A stretch of 64,000 nt of DNA. Origin: Myxococcales bacterium (GTDB lineage Bacteria > Desulfobacterota > Binatia > HRBIN30). Position numbers and translations under genes: made by a program. The notes under the pieces are model-generated. The model saw only the letters and a program-made list of their open reading frames with translations. It was not told where the DNA came from and made no database searches. The stretch spans positions 128,001 through 192,000 of the forward strand of contig JBBILD010000002.1 of assembly GCA_037445065.1 (NCBI GenBank). Direction: 5' to 3'. Shown in pieces: positions 47,738-55,594 of this stretch (position 1 is the first letter of the stretch; each line of letters opens with the position of its first letter).

Positions 47738-48721
47738 TCACGCCGCTGAGCGGCGCAGCCAGCGTGCTGCAGCCGCGGCGAAATAGGTCAGGATGAAGTC
47801 GGCACCGGCGCGCCGGATTGCCGTCAGCGTTTCGAGTACCACCGACCGTTCGTCAATCCAGCCATTCGCGGCGGCAGCTTTGATCATGGCGTACTCCCCA
47901 CTCACTTGGTAGGCAGCGAGCGGGCAACCAAAGGTGTCTTTCGCGCGGCGCACAACGTCGAGGCATGGAAGTGCTGGTTTGACCATGACGATGTCCGCCC
48001 CCTCCTCGAGGTCGAGTTCGATCTCCCGCAGCGCCTCGTCGGAGTTTGCCGGATCCATCTGGTAGCCACGGCGGTCGCCGAACTGGGGTGCGGACTCGGC
48101 GGCTTCTCGGAACGGGCCGTAAAACGCCGAGGCGTACTTGGCAGCGTACGATAGGATCGGGACCATTTCGAACCCTTCGGAGTCGAGCACCTCGCGAATC
48201 ACCGCCACACGGCCGTCCATCATGTCCGACGGCGCCACAATATCTGCGCCAGCGCGGGCGTGGGAAAGCGCCTCTTTGGCGAGCAGCTCAATAGTGGCAT
48301 CGTTGTCCACCTCGTTCCCGGTCAGCACGCCGCAGTGGCCATGATCCGTGTACTCGCACAGGCATACGTCGGTAATGACGAGCAGCTCCGGCGATGCCTG
48401 TTTGATCGCGGCCACGGCTCGCTGCACCACTCCGTCCGCGCGAAACGCTGCCGAGCCAGTAGCGTCTTTGTGTTCCGGAACCCCAAACAAAATCACTGCC
48501 GGAATCCCGAGATCGGCGATGCGGCGGCATTCGTCGCCTAGCAAATCCACCGAATAGCGGTGCACACCAGGCATGCTGCGTACGGGTTGTGAAATCCGGG
48601 TTCCTGGCACCACGAAGAGGGGCAGGACAAGGTCGTCCACGCTGAGTGTGGTTTGCCGGACCAGCCGGCGGATTGTTTCTGACCGCCGCAGGCGGCGCAT
48701 CCGAGTTTCAGGGAACGGCAT
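47738..48721 (-). CDS. hemB: Porphobilinogen synthase (Zn-dependent type)
   Basis: [43 protein letters not shown]. Confidence 0.97.
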   Translation of the reverse strand: MPFPETRMRRLRRSETIRRLVRQTTLSVDDLVLPLFVVPGTRISQPVRSMPGVHRYSVDLLGDECRRIADLGIPAVILFGVPEHKDATGSAAFRADGVVQRAVAAIKQASPELLVITDVCLCEYTDHGHCGVLTGNEVDNDATIELLAKEALSHARAGADIVAPSDMMDGRVAVIREVLDSEGFEMVPILSYAAKYASAFYGPFREAAESAPQFGDRRGYQMDPANSDEALREIELDLEEGADIVMVKPALPCLDVVRRAKDTFGCPLAAYQVSGEYAMIKAAAANGWIDERSVVLETLTAIRRAGADFILTYFAAAAARWLRRSAA

Positions 48722-48723
48722 CG

Positions 48724-50253
48724 CTAGGCTCCCCCGCATTGGCGGAAAAACTCGACGATGGCATCGGCGAGAGCGTCTACAACATAGCGACTCGGTTGCA
48801 CAACCACGTTGAACTTCAACGTTCGAGCGGTCTCGGCGGTAATCGGTCCGATCGCCGCGGCCGCGAGTCCTTCGTGAGCCACCCCATGGCTCGCGAGCAG
48901 GCTCGCAAAGTTCTGAACCGTACTGGAACTCGTAAACACCACCAGGTCTACCTCTCCCCGGCGGACGGATTCGAGCACAATTGCGAGCTGAGGAATCCTG
49001 CGGGGCAGAACGCTCCGGTACACGCAGACCTCTTCGACGGTTGCGCCGTGGCGCGAGAGCTCCTCGGGGAGCACGGCCCTCGCGTTTGCAGCGCGGGGCA
49101 GTAGAATCCTTTGCCCTTTCACTCCTCGCGCAATCAGTGCCTCAACAAGGCCCTCTGCACGGTAATCGCTCGGAACGAGGTCCACCCGAAGGAAACAACG
49201 CCGCAGCTCCGCAGCCGTTTCGGCTCCAATGGCCGCAATCTTTACCCGGTGCCAAGCCCGCAAATCCAACCCCAAATCGCGTATCCGCTGCAGGAAGGCA
49301 CGGACCCCGTTGCTACTGGTAAACACGACCCAGTCGTAGTTCCGGGGGTGCTGCAAGGCCGTGTCCAAGGCTGCGTACGACTCGGGTGGGACGATCTCGA
49401 TCGTCGGGCATGGCAGCACCTGTGCCCCATCGACCTGGAGTCGTTCAACCAGACCGGAGGCGGTGTGCCGTGGACGTGTAACCACGATTTTCTTGCCGAA
49501 CAGCGGTTTGCACTCGAACCACCGGAGGTGAGGGTGCAGTGCCGCCACCTCGCCAACAACTGCCAGTGCGGGCGGACGAATGGCAGAGCGCTCTGCGCGG
49601 TCGGCCACGTCGGCGAGCGTTCCCAAAACCACGCGTTGCGCGGCCAGCGTCCCGGATTGGATCACAGCTACAGGCGTCTGGGGGTCGCGACCGGCACGTA
49701 AGAGTTTTTCCATGTTCCGGCGAAGCTGGCGCTGGGTCATCAAAATGACCACCGTGTGCCCGCGATCGACGAGTCGCTCCCAGTGTACGGCGGCGTTCTC
49801 CTTTTCTTCGTACTCGTAGCCGGTAACGAACGAAACCGCAGATGCCCACTCGCGGTGTGTCAGCGGGATCCCAGCATATGCGGGTACGGCAATGGCGGCC
49901 GTAACGCCGGGTACAACTTCCACTTCGATCCCTGCGTCAATGGCTGCCTGCATTTCCTCTCCTCCCCGGCCGAAGAGGAAAGGATCCCCGCCTTTCAAGC
50001 GAACCACAATTTTGCCCAGGCGAGCCTTGTCGACGAGGAGGCGGTTGATATCGTCCTGTTCAACTCTTGGACCACCTCCGTGTTTCCCGGCTAGATACAA
50101 CTCAGCGTGCGCCGGCGCATATTCGAGCAGCACCGGATTCGCTAGATAGTCGTAAACGACGACGTCTGCCCTTTCGAGCCACCAGCGGCCGCGAATGGTG
50201 ATCAGACCGGGGTCTCCGGGACCTGCGCCGACAAGAACGATCTTGCCCGCCAT
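48724..50253 (-). CDS. cobA: Fused uroporphyrinogen-III methyltransferase / uroporphyrinogen-III synthase (CobA-HemD)
   Basis: [27 protein letters not shown]-half [24 protein letters not shown]. Confidence 0.95.
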   Translation of the reverse strand: MAGKIVLVGAGPGDPGLITIRGRWWLERADVVVYDYLANPVLLEYAPAHAELYLAGKHGGGPRVEQDDINRLLVDKARLGKIVVRLKGGDPFLFGRGGEEMQAAIDAGIEVEVVPGVTAAIAVPAYAGIPLTHREWASAVSFVTGYEYEEKENAAVHWERLVDRGHTVVILMTQRQLRRNMEKLLRAGRDPQTPVAVIQSGTLAAQRVVLGTLADVADRAERSAIRPPALAVVGEVAALHPHLRWFECKPLFGKKIVVTRPRHTASGLVERLQVDGAQVLPCPTIEIVPPESYAALDTALQHPRNYDWVVFTSSNGVRAFLQRIRDLGLDLRAWHRVKIAAIGAETAAELRRCFLRVDLVPSDYRAEGLVEALIARGVKGQRILLPRAANARAVLPEELSRHGATVEEVCVYRSVLPRRIPQLAIVLESVRRGEVDLVVFTSSSTVQNFASLLASHGVAHEGLAAAAIGPITAETARTLKFNVVVQPSRYVVDALADAIVEFFRQCGGA

Positions 50254-50255
50254 GT

Positions 50256-51182
50256 TCAGTCCTGCTCCAGCGCGGCAGCTTCGAGGAGTTCCTGGCCGCC
50301 GTTTGCTAACAGTTCCTCTGCCAACTCTTTGCCCAACCTTTCAGCCTGGTCTCGGGGACCGCGGCGGAGACCTCGGACGACTTGCTTGCCGTTTGGGTGG
50401 GCAATGAGGCCGTGAAGAGCCAGGATGCCGCCGGTGATTTCCCCGCGTGCCCCCAACGGGGTGTGACAAGATCCGCTGATCGTTTCCAGGAAGGCGCGTT
50501 CGGCGCGAACCGCATCGGCGCTGTCTCGATGCTCGAGGCACCTCAACGCGTCGAACCAATGATCTCTTCGGGTCTCGATTGCGAGGGCTCCTTGCCCAAC
50601 CGCGGAGAGAAACAGCCGGGAGTCCAGCACCTCAGCCTTTGAAAAGCTTTGACGCAGTCGCGTGAGCCCTGCGGCAGCCAAAACGATCGCATCGACGCCG
50701 CCTGCGGCCAATCTGCGCAAGCGCGTATCGACGTTGCCGCGTAGCGGCACCACCTTTAGATCCGGACGAAGCCACTTGAGCAAAGCTCTGCGCCGCGGAC
50801 TACTCGTGCCAACGCTTGCCCCTCGTGGCAGGTCGGCGAGCGTTACTCCGTCGCGCGTCAGCAGTACGTCCGCGGGTTCTTCCCGCTCGGGTACAGCCGC
50901 GAGCACAAGCCCAGGCGTCAGTTGCGCGGGTAGGTCTTTGAGGGAGTGCACAGCGCAGTCGACCTTGCCTCGCGCGAGAGCTTCTTCAAGTTCTTTAACG
51001 AAGAGGCCTTTGCCCCCGACGGACGCAAGCGGGCGATCGGTGAAGCGATCGCCACTGGTTCTGATCGGAACCAACTCGGTGGTTAGCTCAGGGTATGTTG
51101 CTTCGATCCGCGCGGCCACCCAACGGGCTTGGGTGATGGCGAGCGCACTACCTCGTGTCCCAATTCGGATCGTACCTCTCAC
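50256..51182 (-). CDS. hemC: Hydroxymethylbilane synthase
   Basis: IGTRGSALA, GKGLFVKE, VHSLKD, GTSSPRR, RGNVDTRL, GSCHTP. Confidence 0.97.
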   Translation of the reverse strand: MRGTIRIGTRGSALAITQARWVAARIEATYPELTTELVPIRTSGDRFTDRPLASVGGKGLFVKELEEALARGKVDCAVHSLKDLPAQLTPGLVLAAVPEREEPADVLLTRDGVTLADLPRGASVGTSSPRRRALLKWLRPDLKVVPLRGNVDTRLRRLAAGGVDAIVLAAAGLTRLRQSFSKAEVLDSRLFLSAVGQGALAIETRRDHWFDALRCLEHRDSADAVRAERAFLETISGSCHTPLGARGEITGGILALHGLIAHPNGKQVVRGLRRGPRDQAERLGKELAEELLANGGQELLEAAALEQD

Positions 51183-52465
51183 TCTCCCTCTTCCTCTTCA
51201 GGATCCATGCCGAACAAACGCCGAGCGGCGGCAACGTAGAGAGCGTGGTGCCGAGCCGAGTCTTTTTTAAGGTGCGTAATCGGTTCGTGGAGAATCTTAT
51301 TCACCAGCCGCCGCGTCATGCCCTCCAGCGCTTGTCGCAGTTCGGGGTTCGTGCTCGGGAGCGAGCTGATGAGCTTGTCTACTTCGCTGCGCCGAATCGC
51401 CTCCACACGCTCGCGCAATGCGACAATCGTGGGTACGGTTTGCAACGAACGCAGCCAGCGGACAAAGGCGGCGACCTCCGCTTCCACGATGGTTTCAGCC
51501 TTCACTGCCTCCCGTTGTCGCGCCTCGCGATTCTCCTGGGCGACCGCAGCGAGGTCGTCAATGTCGAACAGGTAGACGCTGTCAACGTTGCGAATTTCGG
51601 GGTCGAAATTCCGCGGCACTCCCAGGTCAATCAAAAACATCGGGCGAAACTTGCGATTCCGCAGTGCCTCGCGCACGGCAGGCGCTCCGAGGACGAAATC
51701 CTCGGCGGCAGCAGAGCCGATCACCACGTCTGCTACGTGCAGAAAGCGAGTTAGCTCTTCGAATGGGAGCGCTGTACCACGGAATTCTCTTGCGACCTCC
51801 AGGGCACGATGAAAAGAACGGTTGGTGACCATGAGACTCCGCACGCCGTGAGCCAACAAGTGCCGCGCTGCCAACTGGCCCATTGTCCCGGCACCAATCA
51901 GGAGAGCTGCCTTGTCTTCCAGGGTTTCGAACACTTTCGACGCGAGTTCAACGGCCGCAGAACTCACGGACACCGATTTGCTTCCGATCCCAGTCTCGCT
52001 ACGAATCCGCTTGGCCACGGCAAAGGCCTTGTGCAGGCAGCGGTGCAATACGACGCCGACCGTGCCCGCCTGCACCGCGTCCCGGTAGGCTTGTTTGATC
52101 TGCCCCAGGATCTGCGGCTCACCCACGATGAGGGAATCCAGCGCTGCGGCCACGCGAAACACGTGGCGAATAGCTTCTCGGCCTCGGAACACGACCAAGT
52201 GCTGCGTTACCGCTGGGGCATCCTGCGGCCACTGCTCCGCGAAAAAGGCGAAAAGGTGTTCGATCGAGCGGTCCGCATCCCGCACCAGGCTGAGCACCTC
52301 CACCCGGTTGCATGTGGAGAGCACCATCACCTCATCCACTCCTGGCTGGCGGGCGAGCCGGGTGAGCACGGAACCGACATCCGGTGAGGCGACTGCCAGC
52401 CGCTCTCGGAGTTCGACCGGAGCGGAACGATGGTTGACTCCGACAACCACGAGTTCGGCTTCCAT
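51179..52465 (-). CDS. hemA: Glutamyl-tRNA reductase
   Basis: GVNHRSAPVELRE, STCNRVE, LDSLIVGEPQILGQ, IGAGTMG, DLGVPRN. Confidence 0.97.
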   Translation of the reverse strand: MEAELVVVGVNHRSAPVELRERLAVASPDVGSVLTRLARQPGVDEVMVLSTCNRVEVLSLVRDADRSIEHLFAFFAEQWPQDAPAVTQHLVVFRGREAIRHVFRVAAALDSLIVGEPQILGQIKQAYRDAVQAGTVGVVLHRCLHKAFAVAKRIRSETGIGSKSVSVSSAAVELASKVFETLEDKAALLIGAGTMGQLAARHLLAHGVRSLMVTNRSFHRALEVAREFRGTALPFEELTRFLHVADVVIGSAAAEDFVLGAPAVREALRNRKFRPMFLIDLGVPRNFDPEIRNVDSVYLFDIDDLAAVAQENREARQREAVKAETIVEAEVAAFVRWLRSLQTVPTIVALRERVEAIRRSEVDKLISSLPSTNPELRQALEGMTRRLVNKILHEPITHLKKDSARHHALYVAAARRLFGMDPEEEEGE

Positions 52466-52470
52466 AGATG

Positions 52471-53271
52471 TTACATCCCGTGGCGGCCGGGGAAGAACAG
52501 GTTTACGGTGACGAAAGACGCGAGTAGGAACACAAAGGACGCGATGGTGAGCTGCGCCGCGCGGCGCCCTCGCCAGCCGACGGTGCGAGCTTGGAGCAAT
52601 CCCGCGTACATGAGCCAGGTGACCAGGGACCAAATTTGTACCGGCTCCCAAGACCACATCGAGCCCCAGGTCCTTTGTGCCAGCACGGCCCCGGTCACGA
52701 TACCGAGTGTAAACAGGACAAATCCCCAAACCACGAACCGGTGGTTGAGGTGGTCCAGAGTCTCGAGCGGCGGTAAGCGGCGAAACAATGAGCCTCGGGG
52801 ACGTCCCTTCAACTGGGACTCCTGAAGCAAGTAGATCAAGCTCAGGAATGCCGCGAGGACCAAGACAGCGTATCCGAGGAGCGCGGGTGCGATGTGAATC
52901 GGGAGCCAGACGTTATCGGAAGAAGTTGTCGGTAGCGGGCCCACTTCGAACGCATAGGCAGAGAGCACGGCCACCCAGCCGAGAGGGGCCACCAATGCGC
53001 CAAGGACCGCTACAGGTGCGCGTGGCGAGAACAGGAGATACACGAACACAGCCAGCCAGGCGATGGCCGAGAGTTGCTCCGGCAAGGGAGCGAGGCCACG
53101 AAATCCCAATTCGCCCACGCGCGTTGCCAAAGTGACGGCGTGGCTCAGTGCCGCGATTCCGAGGCAAGCCTGTGCGTAGAACCGGGATTTGCCGGCTAGC
53201 AAGTGCAGGAGGAACATCAGCGTAGCGAGCGCGTACGCTCCGGCTGCTAGTAGAAGCATGGCCTGGGTCAT
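52471..53271 (-). CDS. CcsA/HemX-like cytochrome c assembly membrane protein
   Basis: WLPIHI, YLLQESQLK, RLPPLETLD, WGSMWSWEP, GWRGRRAA, terminal His. Confidence 0.85.
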   Translation of the reverse strand: MTQAMLLLAAGAYALATLMFLLHLLAGKSRFYAQACLGIAALSHAVTLATRVGELGFRGLAPLPEQLSAIAWLAVFVYLLFSPRAPVAVLGALVAPLGWVAVLSAYAFEVGPLPTTSSDNVWLPIHIAPALLGYAVLVLAAFLSLIYLLQESQLKGRPRGSLFRRLPPLETLDHLNHRFVVWGFVLFTLGIVTGAVLAQRTWGSMWSWEPVQIWSLVTWLMYAGLLQARTVGWRGRRAAQLTIASFVFLLASFVTVNLFFPGRHGM

Positions 53272-54011
53272 GCAGAAGTGGTGCTGGGCGAAGCAGGGGA
53301 AGGCGGGTTTTCAGGGGCAACCGCGGCGGGAGGGATGCCAAAACTCTGGCGGTCCGGGATATCCAGGTTTGCGAGCGACAGCGGACAGCCGGCCACTTCG
53401 CTCAGGACGCGATTGACCGTCGCCCAGTCCCGCGCTCGAATTGCGGGCAGAAGCGGACCGTGAAAAAGCGAGTCGAAACGCCGTTGTCGCTCATTGAGAG
53501 GCACGCCAGCGGCTTGCCAGCGAGAACGCAGCGCCGCAAAAATGCGCAAGGCCAGAGGATACTCGGGGCCCAGGATGTCCGTGAGCCGATCCCGAACGAG
53601 CCGGGCAAATCCCGGACACAGTCCGTTGGTCGAGACCGCTACGGTTAGGTCATCTGCGGTAAAGATGGCCGGCATGATGAAGGTGCAAAGTTCCGGCCGA
53701 TCCACCACGTTACACGGGATCCCACGCTCGCGGGCATCGTGCGCAACTCGTTGTTGCACAGCAGGGTCGCCGGTTGCTGCCACCACCAGGCAGTGACCGT
53801 CCAGGTCCGTTGCTTGGTACTCGCGCTCGATCGCATCCACCATTCGGTAAGGGGTCCAGGCGGTGATCAAGGGATCAACGCTGGGACTAACCACCGTGAC
53901 GCGCGCCCCTGCGTTGAGCAACACGTTGATCTTTTGCACCGCCACCTGCCCACCACCTACCACAAGACAGCGCCGCCAGCGCACATCGAAGAAGATCGGA
54001 AGATACTTCAT
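53268..54011 (-). CDS. Precorrin-2 dehydrogenase/sirohydrochlorin ferrochelatase (SirC/Met8/CysG-N-like)
   Basis: YLPIF, LVVGGGQVA.QK, AATGD, NVVDRPELCTF..PA, VAVSTNG.CP. Confidence 0.9.
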   Translation of the reverse strand: MKYLPIFFDVRWRRCLVVGGGQVAVQKINVLLNAGARVTVVSPSVDPLITAWTPYRMVDAIEREYQATDLDGHCLVVAATGDPAVQQRVAHDARERGIPCNVVDRPELCTFIMPAIFTADDLTVAVSTNGLCPGFARLVRDRLTDILGPEYPLALRIFAALRSRWQAAGVPLNERQRRFDSLFHGPLLPAIRARDWATVNRVLSEVAGCPLSLANLDIPDRQSFGIPPAAVAPENPPSPASPSTTSA

Positions 54012-54048
54012 GCGCCAGCCTCTTTCCGTGCCGACCAGCTAACCGAGG

Positions 54049-54420
54049 TTACACGGAAAAGGACGAGCCACACCCGCAGGTTCGGCTTGCGTTCGGGTTC
54101 ACAAACTTAAATCCGGCGCCATGTAGCCCTGCGACGTAGTCAATGGTGGTTCCTCGCAAGTACGGTAAGCTTCCTTCGTCGATCACGATCCGTACCCCTT
54201 GATCCTCGAAAACTAGATCTCCCGGCTTTGCTTCGCGGTCGAGTTTGAGCGAGTATTGCATCCCGGAACAGCCGCCCCCCACGACTCCGACTCGCAGGTA
54301 GCCGGTGGTGGCAATTCCCTCTCGCTCGAGGACGAGCCGTGCCTGTTCGGCTGCCTTGGCCGTCAGTTTGACCGGTGCCTCACTACGCCCGTGGCCTTCC
54401 TGTATTTGCATTTCTTGCAT
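54049..54420 (-). CDS. A-type Fe-S carrier (IscA/ErpA/HesB family)
   Basis: LRVGVVGGGCSG.QY, FKFVNPNA.RTCGCGSSF. Confidence 0.93.
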   Translation of the reverse strand: MQEMQIQEGHGRSEAPVKLTAKAAEQARLVLEREGIATTGYLRVGVVGGGCSGMQYSLKLDREAKPGDLVFEDQGVRIVIDEGSLPYLRGTTIDYVAGLHGAGFKFVNPNASRTCGCGSSFSV

Positions 54421-54653
54421 CGTAACTCACCTCCGAAGGATTCCTAGTAACTCCCAACCTTGCGCTTAGCAGCCCGATGCGCCCAACCAGGCTAGCGGAA
54501 CAAAAGCAAAATGAAGTTTCGCTCACTTGAGACGTCACGGCAAGGGACCCACGGTGTGGTAAGCAAAGAAAGGAAGCGCCTGTGCAGCTGGCTCAGATCT
54601 TGGTTGAAGCAAGTCGCAGGCTTCGTCTATAGAGCGCGCAGTCCAAACTCGGC

Positions 54654-55586
54654 ATGAAGCTCTCACCGCGGCACCTCGTGTGGGTCAATCTCGCTCTCTT
54701 AACGGTAGTCGCCTACTTGGCTGCCGCGGCAGTAAGCAGGGCTGTAGCGGCGCGCCTCGTTCCACCCCCGGTGGTTCGGCTGTCGCCTCCGCCGCCGCCC
54801 ATTGCAAAACCACCGAAACGACCCTTGGTCGCATACGCGGCGATCAGCACGCGAGATATCTTCAACCCGGCCAAGCCGGTTGAGGAGGCCAGGATCGAGG
54901 CTCCACCGCCCCCGACGAAACTGAATCTCAAGTTGTGGGGTGTTTCCATTCATTCCCAAGGACGGTCCCATTGCGTGATCGAAGATCTGTCGACCAGGAA
55001 GCAAGAAGTCTATCGGATCGGTGACACAGTGCCGGGTCCCGCTGTGGTGAAGGCAATCGAGTGGGAACGAGTCATCCTGGATCGGGGAGGCTTCGAGGAA
55101 ATCTTGGAGCTCGCGCAGCCAGCGGGAACAAGTGGAGTTGCCACTTCTGGGGCAGCGCGGCCGGTTCTCACTGCTTCTTTACCTCCGCCCGCCACGGACG
55201 CGGCGGTCACCGGCAGTCCCGGCGGCGCGGCCGTATCGGTCAATCCACGCATCCAACAGGTTTCGGAGAATGAGTACCACATCGACCGTGCGGAAGTGGA
55301 ACAGCAGTTGGACAACATGAACCAGCTTTTTACGCAGATCCGCGCGGTGCCCCATTTCGACGGCGGGAAATCTACGGGCTTCCGTCTCTTCGCGATCCGG
55401 CAGGGAAGCGTGTTCGATCAGCTCGGCCTGCGCAATGGAGACATTATCCAAAGCATTAACGGCCAGGAGCTTACGGATCCGGCAAAAGCGTTGGCGGTCT
55501 TCCAACAATTGCGTGATGCCACCGAGATCAAGGTGAGTGGGGTTCGAAATAAGCAGCCATTCGAGACGGTGTACCGAATTCGCTGA
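54654..55586 (+). CDS. gspC: Type II secretion protein C (TM, HR and PDZ domains)
   Basis: N-terminal TM, LNLKLWGV HR domain, GFRLFAIRQGS...LGLRNGDII..ING PDZ; precedes the secretin. Confidence 0.92.
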   Translation: MKLSPRHLVWVNLALLTVVAYLAAAAVSRAVAARLVPPPVVRLSPPPPPIAKPPKRPLVAYAAISTRDIFNPAKPVEEARIEAPPPPTKLNLKLWGVSIHSQGRSHCVIEDLSTRKQEVYRIGDTVPGPAVVKAIEWERVILDRGGFEEILELAQPAGTSGVATSGAARPVLTASLPPPATDAAVTGSPGGAAVSVNPRIQQVSENEYHIDRAEVEQQLDNMNQLFTQIRAVPHFDGGKSTGFRLFAIRQGSVFDQLGLRNGDIIQSINGQELTDPAKALAVFQQLRDATEIKVSGVRNKQPFETVYRIR

Positions 55587-55594
55587 GTCAGGGG

